Below are positions 14,265 to 28,957 of a DNA stretch of 64,000 nt, one piece after another. The stretch's first letter is position 1. Each line of letters begins with the position of its first letter. The DNA is taken from assembly GCF_009914755.1 (NCBI RefSeq), contig NC_060927.1, one strand, 5' to 3'. The notes under the pieces are model-generated. The model was not told the DNA's origin, made no database searches, and worked only from the letters and a program-made list of their open reading frames with translations. The translations under genes and the position numbers were made by a program. This stretch comes from the human T2T-CHM13v2.0 reference genome, Homo sapiens.

Positions 14265-14485
14265 TTGGGGAAGCTTCGGCAGGAAAAGCATCCCGCAGCC
14301 TTGCGCAACACATTCCTGGACCAGGTAGTATAGAAGGGATGAAAGGCGCTGCTGGAGGGGTGATGGGAGAGCTGACCCGTGCACGGATTGCACTTGATGA
14401 AAGAGGACAGAGGCTAGGAGAGCTGGAAGAGAAAACTGCAGGCATGATGACCAGTGCAGAAGCATTTTCCAAACATGCACATGAG
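14265..14485 (+). CDS. STXBP5L: STXBP5L coding exon encoding most of the VAMP-like R-SNARE motif (ELTRARIALDERGQRLGELEEKT...)
   Basis: Acceptor tattctcag, donor GAG|gtaaac; 221 nt; ERGQRL aligns with VAMP2 ERDQKL zero-layer Arg. Confidence 0.97.
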
Positions 14486-14978
14486 GTAAACTGCCTAAGT
14501 AAATACAGACATCTTCATACAGGAGTAACTTTAAACATTTAGGATCTGCACAAGAAAGCTTAAACAGAGATCCACATAAGTAATCCTGTATGAGAATCAT
14601 GGTAACCTAGATCTCTTCTAAGTATTATAATTCTCCCAGTGCTTGGGAGATAAAAGGTTTTTTAAAAAAATACTTTAATGTATCGATACTTCTTTACCTT
14701 AGGGGATAATTAATTATCCATTGGTTCTGATACATCTGCGATCCACATCCTCCATTTTGTCTCAGTCATGAAAAATCATTTTCTATCAGCTGAGTCTTTA
14801 CAGCTTGTTTATTTTTAAAATCTTTCTCATATGCACTTTATTTCACAAAATAAAAGAAGCCACTCAGTTTGATTATAAGTTTTGAGATAGATTTGCATGA
14901 TTAGCTCAAAATGGCCTTGCTTTGAATAGCACTTTTAAAGTATTTTAGCGTCTTATGGTGGCTATTTTTTCTTTGCAG

Positions 14979-15020
14979 TTAATGCTGAAATACAAGGATA
15001 AGAAATGGTACCAATTCTGA
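14979..15020 (+). CDS. STXBP5L: STXBP5L terminal coding exon LMLKYKDKKWYQF*
   Basis: Acceptor ttttctttgcag, 14 codons ending TGA at 15018-15020; characteristic tomosyn C-terminus. Confidence 0.97.
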   Translation, partial: LMLKYKDKKWYQF

Positions 15021-16171
15021 CTTCTAAAGAAGCTGTGACTGCTTTGAGAAATCATATTCAGGGAAACCAAATTTATTCCCAGCATCACTATTCAACTGCT
15101 AGAAGCCAGTTTCTTCTACAAAATGTTCCATTTACAGTCAATCTGAAATTTTCATAAAAGAGATGTATCAGAGACACTGTGCAACCCAAAGGCTGGAGCC
15201 CTGGTTAAAATCCCAAAATACGGCTGAATTTGCCTTTTCCCATGTGGAATGGAGCTATCATCTTGGCATGTCATTCGATAAGGATTTATATTTAGTAACT
15301 ACGGGGAGTCCTCTTGATTTGAAAATTCCTGTACAAACAAAAGCATTAATGCACTTAATGAAAAAAAATCTTTGCATGATAAATTAACATCTTAAGGGGA
15401 AAAGAAAAAAAAGCATGTTGTGATAGAAGAAAAAAAGATTCATGGTAAACTATTTCTATCAATTGGGCCACACTCAACAATTTAAAAAATCTGCATTTGA
15501 AGATGTCAGTGCATTTCAAATATATTTGCCATACCCAACTGAAACGGAAAACAAAACAAAACAAGAACCCAGAGTTTTCTCCTCATCTGTAACTTTCATT
15601 GTACTAGAACCTTATTGAATTCTTATGGCAAGAGTCTGATTAATGTTCTCTCTCCATGTTTTACATCATTCACAGTTGTGTCAAAATCAAATATTGCCAG
15701 TATAGTAAATTATTCCCAACACAATCAGTTTCATTTCTATCACCTTCAGAATGGGTTGCTGTTTTTAGCACAAACCATGCAGGGTTGGGTCACCTCAAAG
15801 CATTTTCTTCAGCCTGGCTTGTACTCTATAGGGGAGTTGGTAGTAGGTGTGGGGAATCTATAGGAACAATAGAGTTAGCTATGAGAACTGACTTCACAAA
15901 AAGGGAAATTTCACACACCCCAATTTCAGCTTCTAAAGTGATATATTTTAAAAGCTTCATTTGTATCCTTGTCTGCCAGTTACACAGTATATTACTGTTC
16001 AAACCCAGTAGGGTCTGCAATCGAAAGGTGCTCTTGCAGCCTGACATTCACAAACCAAACTGGTCATTCTCTTTAGTGTGATTCAGTAAAATCTCAGTTA
16101 ATGTTTTGGGAAAGGGATTCTGATTTATGACATTTCTGATTTACAAGGGCTTTCCTTAGAAAATACCTTTC

Positions 16172-16221
16172 GGTTTGATACTTACCACTGGAAATTGGTT
16201 CGATACTTACCACTGGAAATC
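16172..16221. repeat. 25-bp tandem duplication in STXBP5L 3'UTR
   Basis: ggtttgatacttaccactggaaatt / ggttcgatacttaccactggaaatc. Confidence 0.9.
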
Positions 16222-17259
16222 TTTATAAAATATAGTGATCTGTTTGCTATCTTGGTCTCAGTCATCATTATAGACAATAGAAATACATAAAGAGTTTAAT
16301 GATACAAAATCAATGCTTTTGTCCCTAGGTCAAATAATATAAGCCACTAGATTATGTCAATAGATGCCAAACACTTGTCCCTTATTAAAGACTCTTTTAA
16401 AGCTGGAATAAAGAATATCCTTAACATGATACAAGGTATCTATAACTCACCAGAAAAGCACCAGAGTCAAAACCAAATAGAGACACCTACTACCATTTAA
16501 CATGATTCTGGAAGTCAAAAGTTATAGGAATGTATATATACACATTCCAGGACCCATCCTGTAATATGTTGTTTCGTCAAGAAAAGTTTTAATTATGGTT
16601 TTGGCTTATTGAATTTTTGTTTATCAAGGTCTCATTGGATTTACATTTGTGTTTCTTAAGACTTCACAATTTTCCTGGATTTCAGGTTATTTTATTAGCC
16701 AAAAAATCGTATTTTTATTTCCTTTTTAGTCTAATTTTTTGCTAGAAGTTGTACTTTCTAGCAAATGTTTCTAGTGGTACAATGTTCTCAGTAATTTTGA
16801 GGAGAACAAAGATGAGTGAAAGAGTTAGATAATGTACACTAGGATAGCATTTCTCAGAGTCCTTGAATCCTCTTGTTAAGAAAGCCTCTCTGAATCTCCC
16901 AGACTCCTGTGAACAGCCTTACGGTAACAGAATCTGGCTTGGAAACACAGACATTACATGACTGTATAATTTATAGAATTATAAAATTATATGGTAAAAA
17001 TATTAAAGAAACTTAAGAGTAGGATCTAGAAAATACTAGTGGCCAAATTGCAATGTATTCTTTGTACCATCTGTTTCAAAGACTTAGTTTTCTGATTTTC
17101 AGAACAAATACTTTATCGTTTCTGTATTTTAAAAAAAACTAAAAGAGTAAAATATTAGTTTATTTTAGAAATAATGAAATTCAGTCCAAAGTAGCAGTAC
17201 ATTTGATGAGTATTTCTGAAGCCTTCAATAAGATTTAACTTGTTTTAACTTGATCTACA

Positions 17260-17447
17260 TCGAGATTTCTCAAAAGCAGCACTATTAGCTGAAAGTCTTT
17301 GTTGTGGGGAACTGTCCTGTGTATTGTAGGATGTTAGCAACATCCCTGGCCTCTGTCTACTAGATGCCAGTAAGAACCTCCTAGTAATGACAATCAAAAT
17401 GTCTCCAGTCATTGCCAAAATTTCTCCCAGTTCACAGCCACTATTCT
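17260..17447. mobile_element. MER20-like DNA transposon in the 3'UTR
   Basis: tgtcctgtgtattgtaggatgttagcaacatccctggcctct...ctagatgccagta...aaaatgtctccagtcattgccaaa. Confidence 0.8.
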
Positions 17448-19494
17448 ACATCATACAAAGAGGTAGATTGTGTGAATATGTAATATATGTTGTTGTATAA
17501 AACTGTACAATAAGTATACAATGTCTTAGCAAGATAAATTATTATACCCAAAATTACATGTGTGGTTCATATGCAATAAGATACAATTTTGAAGAAAGCT
17601 TATAGGAATCAGTGAAAAATAACAACTACAGAATATTTTAAGGCACACAGAGAAAATATCAAAAAGGACATTATAGCATTTCACTGTAGAAGTGCTTAAA
17701 ACCTTGGCCTCAGTGAATAGATCAAAAGTTTATAATTAGCACACCAATTGGAAGTAAACAGGTGCTTCTCAAATGCTTGAAAAGAAAAGGCTCTTTGAAG
17801 TAGTTAAAACGTGTCTTTCAAAATTGCTTTTATAAGCCCTTCCTTAACGTAAGGGTAACTTCATCTCACAAACTCCTGGTTAGTGGAATCCAAATTAATG
17901 AGGTTTTACTGTATCAAAATTATTTTTATAATTCAAAGAGATGATAGCAATAAGAAGAATCTAATGTGGATGTGATTTTTCTCTTTGAACAATTCTGTTC
18001 TGTTGCACTGACCTTAGCACGCACGCACACACACACACACCATCGCCACCACTACCATCATCATCTTATCCTCATCTTTGGAAAATAAGTACTGTTGATC
18101 CATGTAATCCTGTGCATAGTCTCATCTTTACTATCTTTCTTCTATTTCGGAACATAAGAAAAATACTCCTAATAACTTGGACAATGATACAGAAAGTGAC
18201 TCTGAGCCTTAGTTACCATCAAAATTACATTCTATCTGCTAAAGCGACATCAGAAGATAAGGCTTGCAAACCACAGTCCCAACGAGTTGACCTTGTCTCC
18301 CTATGATTTCCTTGGAAGATAAGGCCTTTTTAGTGTTACAGTAGAAAATGGGCCTTTTCATTTATTCATCTGTGAGAAGCTAGAGGTATTTGTTTCCCTG
18401 ATAATAACGTGAGCAATAGTCCCTACCTTGAAATCATCCATTAGTCTTGGAGTTTGGAGGGAGGAATGATTGATTCCTCATTTGTTTTAATCACCTACAA
18501 AAGCAGTACTACTGACTTTGCTTCTTACACTTCACTGAGCCCCAGACTTTAGGGCCCCAATCATTGTCAAGATCATTGTCTAACTGGAACTCTGAAAGGA
18601 CAGTGACAGAACTGAATGAGATGTTTTCCAGTGATTCAGTCACAAAGACAATTTTCTCAGATCTTTTGAAAGTGATTCTCAAATAAATAAATCAAAATCC
18701 AACTCCTTTCCCTCAAAGTTTCTAGGGATCTGAAGGAAAAGGTTTACTGTTGGAGTCCCTTTTTATGTGACCCATGTACCAGTTTTAAAGGCACCATCTA
18801 TACTTTATCTACATGAAGGGATCACCATGACTTTGAGAGAAAAAAGAATCAGATTAGGCCTAACATTGGTTGAAGAAGATTAAAATAGATTCTTATATTC
18901 AAGCAGAAGGGAAAAATGAAGCCAATCTAGAAAAGTAAGCTAAAAATCCTCTCCTTGGCTTAGGATCATTGGGTCAAACTGGGAGTATATCTGTGTGATT
19001 ACAACCTGCTGCTATGAGAAAAAAGAATTGTAACTTGACCATGTTGGCTCACACAGGGCAATGCAAAAGAAGTCAAAACATTCATATCAGGTCTTGGTAT
19101 CTGTGTCAGGAGAAACGTGGTGGCTTTCACAGCTTCTTCACCTCTGTCCTCTGTCATGCAACTCCATTTTTGGCTAGGTACTATTTCACATGCACACTGT
19201 CCTGGGTGCCAGAAATACTTGTGGTGTACTTGGTTTGAGCAGTACCTCTAGTATGCACCATTCCAGGGAACATGGTTGTCAACATAACAAGTTTAGTGTG
19301 TGTATTTGCAGACAACATAGCCCTGAAAGCATGAAATGTAGAATAGGTAAGGTCTGTCTTAGAAAAGGAGGAGGAAGTACCAATTTGGTGCAAGAAGATC
19401 GTGGTGAGGAAGGACATGGGAGCCACAGTGAAGTGAAAGAGGCTTTAAGGAATCAGATGCACAGATGGATGCTTTGATTTACACATTTATCTAG

Positions 19495-19652
19495 AGGAGT
19501 GATTCTCAACCTTGACTGTACATAAGAATCACCTCAGGAAATTTTTAAATTCCCAATTATATTAAAATCATTTGGAGTGGGAACCAGACACCAATATTTG
19601 CGAAAGCCTCCAAGGCGGTTCTAATGTCCAGCCAAAGTTGATTATCACTGCT
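19495..19652. mobile_element. MER5-like hAT MITE in the 3'UTR
   Basis: agtgattctcaaccttgactgtacataagaatcacct...gttgattatcactgct. Confidence 0.7.
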
Positions 19653-20659
19653 TTATGGCCAACTAAGGAAACCTTGTTTGTCTGCCTTGGCTGGTGCTCC
19701 AGCCCCAGTTCTGAGTGGTCAGGGAAGGCAAGATGTAAGATATAGTAATGGTATTTATTCTGTATGTCTCACAGAACAAAAGCATTTGAGAATTTCTGAC
19801 CAGGCAGTGCTCCATCAACTCTTAATAATCATCTTTGTGATATTCTCCTATGTGACTTGTCCATCAATTATTCCAATTCAAAGGTCTAGGTTTTTTTTCA
19901 ATTGTCTTACACATGTGACATCACAAGATACCAGAAGTAGCACAGTAAATTCAAGAGCATATAAAGCTAAGTGGAAAACTAATTCTTCATATTTAGACAG
20001 TGGAAATTCTCAAAACAATCATTTGCTAAATTAGGTCCAAATTTATTATTCATTCTTCTTCTGGAGGAGACATGGGTACCAGGTACCTGTTCTGCTGTAG
20101 GTATATTTCACTGGACTTGGTCTTAGCAAAAAGGAAGAACAAATCTTCCTTTTTGATTGTTATCTCAATCAAAAGCTCCCAGGGCCACTTGGATTTATTT
20201 TCTTAGTCTTTGGACATGTGCTTAAAGGAAAAGAATACCTGTAACTTCCTATATGACATCCAGTGCCCTGAAAGGGTGCTTACACCTTCAAAAAAGGAGA
20301 GTCCAGCCTATCAAAGGCAGTAACACATAATGAGAAGAAACTCAGAGTTATTGCCTTTCATACTGCTTTCCCTCTGCTGTTGGCCCACCCTTCTTGACTG
20401 CAAAGCCAGAAAATAAACTAGATGGTGGTTTTGGACAATTGTACACAGGAACAGAATCTCTTAATAACCTATAATTTTTAGTACTTAATTATGTGATGTT
20501 TTATTCTAGGAAATAAGAAACAGATGACATCATTGATGTATCTTTCTTTCATCTTCAGAATTTTTGCATCTTTTCAGAAAATGACAAATTACTATTTTTC
20601 TGTTGCACTCAGCAATTGTGACTATACTTAACAAAATTCTTGTAGTCTGTAGAGATATC

Positions 20660-20665
20660 AATAAA
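20660..20665 (+). terminator. Probable distal polyadenylation signal of STXBP5L
   Basis: AATAAA with upstream TGTA elements and downstream TGT/T-rich tract. Confidence 0.65.
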
Positions 20666-21759
20666 ATTGTATATGTTTGTACATAGATGCTCTCTTATGT
20701 CATGATGTCATGCACTAATGATTTTTTCCAAGATTACATATGGACAGAGGTAAGACCCATTTATAACAGTATGAACTATGGTTTTGCAAAGTGTTAATTG
20801 TTTTCAAAAAGCAGGGAGGGGGTGGGAGAGCAATGTACAGCAAATCTATCAAATACAACTTCCCAAAACTCACACATTGTACTAGAATTTATTAACCCAA
20901 TAGCCATTCAAAATCTCCATCAATTTGAGGAGATGTGTTACTTTTTGTTGGAAGATTTTAAAGACAACTTTTGACGATGTTGATTGAAGTCCACCTTCAG
21001 TGAAGTACAAGCAAAAATAATTTGTTAATAATGCATCAAACGAAACCAAGGTGGGTAAGATGTACCTACAAACTCAACATGCAGACCTTACTTCCTCACT
21101 TCTTTTCAGCTCAGGCTTTGTCCTCATCCAGGCAGAAAAATTAAGCTACTATGGGCTTATTCCAGCTCCTAGTAGTTATGATAAACATTCATTAACTCAA
21201 GACCTCCAACAGTTCTCTGGAGAGTGTGCTCTCCTGCGCCTCTGGCTTTCATAAGCATAGTTAATTCCTCTCCAGGCACTTTCCCCATATTTATCTATAC
21301 TCTGGCCATAAACAACTGACTTTATTCTTCCAAATCCTGTCTAATTTAATCTCAGGAAAATTTCCCCACCGCCATAATTTTTCTCCTAATTTTAGTTCCA
21401 TATAAAAATTGGAAAAAACAGCCAACCAACTCTAGGCTAAAAAACTTGTTGATTAAAAATACAAATATGCATACTGACCCTTTAAAATACAAATTCCTTT
21501 TCAGAATTTTTCTCTAGCAGAATTTCTTCAAAGGGATCCATTTACCTTCTTATTTTTGAATTACAATAACTCAAGCTTCAGATACTTGCATTCAATATTT
21601 GAAATACTGATTCGACTTCCTTTCTTCCTTCTTCCCTTCCTTTCTGTTTCTTCCTCACCCCCTCCCTCCCTCTGTTCCCTGCTGCCCTTTCCTCTCCTCC
21701 CTTCCTTCCTCCTTTCTTTCCTTTCATTCATTCATTCATTCCAAAAGTCAGCCACACTC

Positions 21760-23420
<1,661 letters not shown>

Positions 23421-24142
23421 TCCAATCTTGTTGTATTACTTGCACTTCAATGGCATTGTCTTCTACCTTTCATAGCAAATGGACAGCGGCTTTGCAGCTT
23501 CAACAATAGTCTCGTGAGCTGATTTGGGAATCCAACCATTATTTAAACATTTTTTAAAATGTATTTTAACTGCACAAATAATACATAAATGCATATTGTA
23601 ATAGTCATATGATAAATTTAGACAAGATCAAGTGAGTATTTCCCTTGGTTACCTCCTACTCATCTAAACTAACGAGTTATAGTTTGCTGTGTTTCCTTCT
23701 AAAAAATTTTTCTATGCTGCAACGTGCTTATTCATGTCTCTACTATGTCTCAGATCGTTCTTTGTCAGTACCTATAATTCATTCTTTTTAACTCACTTAT
23801 ATTATCCCATGGTGTCAATAAACCATAACTTGCTACCACTCTTAACTAGTATTTAGATATTTTCCAATCTCTTGATATTACAAACAAGACTGCAGTGAAC
23901 ATCTGCACATGTATTTTGCATACATGCAAGTGTTTTCTCTAAGGAAGATGTTAATGTCAAGTGGAATTGCTGAATTAAAGGGCATGCTCATTTAAACAAT
24001 TTAAATAGATGTTGACTAAATTATTCTTCTACCAGTGTATAAAAATTAGTCTCATCTTCACCTATTTTCAAATATTTTTATTTTTTCACACTGTGAAAGA
24101 TGAAAATGGCATCTTATTGTTTTAATTGGAATTTTTCTGATA

Positions 24143-24823
24143 CGAAAAGGTTTATTACTCAGTGAGGCTTTCTGCAGAGAGCAAGGCAACTTGAGAGAAC
24201 AAGGAAGAGACTGGGTTTTTATTGTGGTCAGAAGGTGGGCCAGGGGTTGCAGCATGGGGCTTGCAGGGTTTGAAAATCCCACTGGCACCAAAGAAGGGAG
24301 CATTGGATTTCTTCTCAGCTTACTCAGATGTGGACAGAAGAGGAAGTGGGAGAATAGAGGCTCAAAACTTGTCAGCAAACATCAAAAGATGGAGTCAGAC
24401 TCTACTACAGATCATTTGTCTATTGTTGATTTTTAAAATGTAGCTTATTTTCTATGACTGAGTTTTCCTTGCCTTTGAGTCTTCCTAGGAATTCTGTAGT
24501 CTCTCCCTCTTCCTCCTTACAAGATTGGCTTCTGGGTTTAGGGGAAGGCTTATATTAACTCATGATAAGGAAGGAGGGGTGCTGGTCCTTGTCTTCCTCC
24601 TTGGATCCTCTGGGACTCTGTAACAGTGGCTGGTCTGTTGTGACCCTTGAGCACCTTCCACTGATATGTGCTGAAGTACAACTGATGAATGTGTGGTTTG
24701 CTCTCACTTGGGGTTAGCACCATATGGTACTCGCTTGCTAACTCAGCCTTACTTAGGCTATGGATCTGCTTTGGATTTGCTGTTGTGCCATGGCCCCTGG
24801 GTTAGACAGTTCAGTGTCTTTCA
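24143..24823 (-). mobile_element. Probable ERV solo LTR inserted in an old L1ME-type fragment (23540-25300)
   Basis: Minus strand begins TGAAAGACAC and ends with AATAAA near the terminus; 5-bp near-TSD tgata/tgatt; family not identified. Confidence 0.5.
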
Positions 24824-25307
24824 TGATTTAACTTTATTGATGTCCCTTTTATACTGAAAATTTTTCTTTATAATGTAGTCAAGTTTTATCTTTTACCTTT
24901 ATGATTTTAGAACTTTGTTTTAAAGCAGGCTTTTATTTCTATAAAGTCATAAACATTCTCATATTTTTTTAATTTACTTTCATAGTCTTCTTTTAAATAT
25001 TTAGGCTTTTAATCCATCTGGAGTATTTTGTGAGCATTTGAGATAGAGATCCAACTTGATATTTTTACCAATGGATACTCTTATCACTACATCGCGTTTA
25101 TGAACAGCCCATCTTTCACCACTAATTTGAAATGACATTTTAATCATTTCTCATATAAGTCTGTTTCTTAAATTCTTTAGTCTGTTTTAATACTCTTACC
25201 TATTTCTATCCCCTATATATAATTTGAAACTATTATGTCTTTGTAATACATCCTAATATCTGATACAAATCTTTGTTATTTCTCAAGTTTGATAGGTACT
25301 GGTATTT

Positions 25308-25615
<308 letters not shown>

Positions 25616-26133
25616 GGTACTGGTTTTTCTTCAGGTGAGTTTTAAGATACTATCTATCTAAAAAATATAAAATCCTGATGAGACTTTGATGGAATTAAAG
25701 TTATAGATTAAAAATTAATGAAGTTTTTTGTTGGCATCGCTTCCTCTGGGACATCTTTATCCTTTTGTCACAACCATTTTCCTCATTTATGTAAATTGTG
25801 CCTTTACTGTTTCTCAGGTTGCCTATCTACTGTATCTCAAACAGCAGTAGTGTCAGCATTCCCAGGCAGGTAGTTCTTCTGTAATTCCATTTATGTTCAA
25901 TTTGAATTTCACTTCCAGTGTTATTTTTTACTTCTCTGGTACACTTTGATCTTTATTAGCCAACTTCTACTTTTGATTATCCATTTTTGTATAATGTGGA
26001 TTTACCACTGGGAGACAAGCAATCAACACAACTACATTTTGCCATCTGCAAGTAAAGTGAATAACAGATGTGAAGTAGCCAATCACAGACAGCCTTTGGA
26101 AGAAGTGATGTAACTGGTCCTCATCATGATGCA

Positions 26134-26632
26134 TGTATGAATATCCTGTTACTGCTACCAATTCCACAAACTTACTAGCTCAAAACAATTCAAATAATTG
26201 TCTTGCAGTTCTAAAGGACAGAGGTCCAAAATGGTCTTAACTGGGCTAGAGTCAAGGTGTTGGCGGGGCTACATCCCTTCAAAAGGTTCTAGGAGAGAAT
26301 CCATTTCCTTACCTTTTCCAATTTTTTGAGGGTTCCTGCATTCCTTGGCTCATGGCCCCTTCTTCCAACTTTAAAGCCAGCAGTGTAGCATCTTCAAATC
26401 TTTCTCTGTTTCTGTTGTCACATCTTCCCTGACTCTGACCATCTGCTTCCCTCTTATAAAGACCCTGGTGATTACAATGGAACCATTCAGATAATCCAGG
26501 ATAATCCCCCACCTCAAGATCTCTAACTTAATCACATCAACAAGGTCCCTTTTGCCATGTAATATAATAGTTCACAGATTTTAGGAATTAGGATGTGAAC
26601 TTTGGGGTGGGGGGCATTATTCTGCATAACAC
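26134..26632 (-). mobile_element. MaLR solo LTR (MLT1C-like)
   Basis: ggttctaggagagaatccatttcc, ataatccaggataatcccc, gggggcattattctgcataacaca. Confidence 0.8.
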
Positions 26633-27349
26633 AATGTGCATTTCTTATTTACACAGTGGTTGTGGTTTGAAGAACTATCAGTGAAGTTTGAATTTCATGC
26701 AGTTACTCACAGTTAATATCCACTGGTAACTGAAATTTGAATTGTGTTGCAGGGGAGACTCATGTTATTAAGTAAACCATAGTAACTGGGATTTGTGCAC
26801 ATCTGAATCATGCAAAATGGGGATGGCCTGTTTCAGGTCCAGCTGACAGGTCAAACAGAATGAGAAAATGCATGTGACTACACATGCTGGGCCATGGCTG
26901 CAGAGAATGAGGCAGAAGGGACTTTTGCTTGCCCTCATGTTTGAAGAACACTCACAGGTAAACAGATTGAGCTTTCTCTTGTGCCAGATCTTTCAAGCCT
27001 ACCAGAATACTGACAGCACTTCAGCTTCTGAGAAACATAGTACAGGTAAATATGGAAAAAGAAATAATGATATTCTTCCCTCTTACTGCTGCCATCTCTG
27101 CCTTTCTCACCCTGCCACCCCAAAAAAACTATGTCTAAGTCTCTTATGCATTAATACCCAACTACTGATAATGCATTACATTTTATAAAGCAACTATCTT
27201 TTTTCATTATTCTGATTAATAAACATAAAAGAGCTCTTCTGGTAACTGATTAAGAATATAATCAGTGTTTCCTATGAACAAGCTATGGAGTAACTAAATA
27301 AGGGACACTCTTAGACCAACTATAATTTTTAACAAAACAATTGTTGATA

Positions 27350-28227
27350 TAAAGTTTCTCATAAATTCATTTTATTTCAACAGCAAAAAGATTAGCTCCA
27401 TCCCTCTGATTGGGATCACAAAGTACAATCTTTTCAGCATGGGTTTTCTCACCATGCCACAAACAGAAAGAGGCACTAAGGGACTGATAAGGGGGTATTT
27501 TCTGTCTCTGGCAGTATTATATTGACCTGCAATAAAAACATCTGATCTTACAGAACAGGATACCTCTTGAAGAGGTATAGTTTATTTTATAATATGTAAG
27601 TATTCCAAATACATTCATTGTATGAATTAGGGAAGGAAAAGCAATAAGAAACATTTCATGAATATTCATTCCTACACTCCAACCATACCAAGTCTTACTA
27701 CTTTATAGAATTCATAATTTATTAGCCAATACTATTTTAAAATACTATTTCCGTACTGTAAAATTGATATTAGAGGAAAAAAAGTCACACACGATGCCTA
27801 CCACCACCAGGGTGAAACCAAATCTTTATCTGCCTATGGCTGCTGTCTGGGTCGATTGAGGCAGCAGCTTCATTTTCTTCATGGTTTACCCAGACAGATG
27901 TGGAACCAAAGTGCTAAGTGCATATTTCAAGCATCTGTTCTGAATATGTTTAAAGCCACAGTAAGTTACAAAAGGCAAATTCATAGATGCTCTTTGAAAG
28001 TGAATGTAACTATTATACTTGGTATTCTACTTCCCCCACGCCCCCAGAAGTTTTTGATGCTATAGACACTGATATATAGTTTGAAACTCTCACTATAAAA
28101 TTACTAGGCTAAGTCTATCAAGACTTGAAAGTTTGTTTTGCTGAGGTAGGTGAAAGGGTAATCTCTGTTCTTTCCAGGTGACTGCATCTGCACAGGCTTC
28201 CCTGGGAGGACTTCATCAACAGCACAG
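27350..28227 (-). other. POLQ: POLQ 3'UTR (end approximate)
   Basis: Downstream of the TAA; minus-strand AATAAA at 27718-27723, 27581-27586 and 27371-27376; GU/U-rich element beyond the last. Confidence 0.75.
27371..27376 (-). terminator. Probable distal polyadenylation signal of POLQ
   Basis: TTTATT on +, with TTGTTTTGTT (minus strand) about 30 nt downstream. Confidence 0.65.
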
Positions 28228-28341
28228 TTACACATCAAAGTCCTTTAGCTCTCCCCAGCTGGCGCCTATTTTCACTTTCACTTTCAATTTCACAGACAGT
28301 TTTACAGCACTTTCCATTTCATTCTTGACAATCTGAGCTAC
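28228..28341 (-). CDS. POLQ: POLQ last coding exon (VAQIVKNEMESAVKLSVKLKVKVKIGASWGELKDFDV*)
   Basis: Acceptor ttttccttag, 38 codons ending TAA; A-family polymerase C-terminal G-x-SWG motif. Confidence 0.97.
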   Translation of the reverse strand, partial: VAQIVKNEMESAVKLSVKLKVKVKIGASWGELKDFDV

Positions 28342-28841
28342 CTAAGGAAAAAAAAAATGTAGTTAACAAACTGCCCAGTCAAAGAATGTTTCCCAAACCA
28401 TCCCCTGAGAAAGTTATAAACCAGACTGGAGCTCTTCACCCAATGGTGCTTAAAATGCTAAATCAGAAAAAATAAAAAATAAAATAAATAAATGAATAAA
28501 TAAAAAGACATCTCATACTCTTCTTCACTGATGAGCAGGAATTTCTGAAAGTTTTTGCTAGAATGCTTGGAGCTTAGAAACCCTAAGGGAAAGACTCCAA
28601 ATTTTTGTTTAATTCCTCCAAGACAAAAACATCTTGCATTGGCAATTCTTCACTTATTAAGAACTAGTACAAAACGGAACACTCTTAGCTCCTTTTCTAC
28701 CTGTAAGGACTCAATATTTATACAGCCATCCCAGGGCTAGGGTAGAGTTCCAAAATCCTCATGCACAGGAAACAAAGCTGTCGGCCTGACAATACAGTGT
28801 CTTGTCTTCCTATGGAATGGACACAAGCATTGCAAAAATAC

Positions 28842-28957
28842 CTGAACAACATCTTCTTCTGCCACTTCATATAGGAGTTCATCATGGAGTTGAAGGATGA
28901 AGAAGCCTCCTCTGATTGGGCAGAACATCCCTTGCAGTTTTCTCTTTCGTGACAATC
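28842..28957 (-). CDS. POLQ: POLQ exon with motif C (LQLHDELLYEV; catalytic D2540/E2541 in human numbering)
   Basis: Acceptor at 28958-28959, donor CAG|gtattt; 116 nt; in-phase with neighbours; HDE motif. Confidence 0.97.

Larger units (their letters stand above)
15021..20685 (+). other. STXBP5L: STXBP5L long 3'UTR (3' end approximate)
   Basis: Follows the stop codon; largely free of Alu/L1PA; AATAAA at 20660-20665 followed by U/GU-rich sequence; the end point is inferred. Confidence 0.7.

Noticed and set aside
14002-14600. 156-aa and 120-aa minus-strand ORFs over the R-SNARE exon
   Set aside because: Antisense shadows of a real coding exon; no recognisable domain or splice structure.
16966-16992. 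AT-rich quasi-palindrome tataatttatagaattataaaattata
   Set aside because: Expected by chance in AT-rich sequence.
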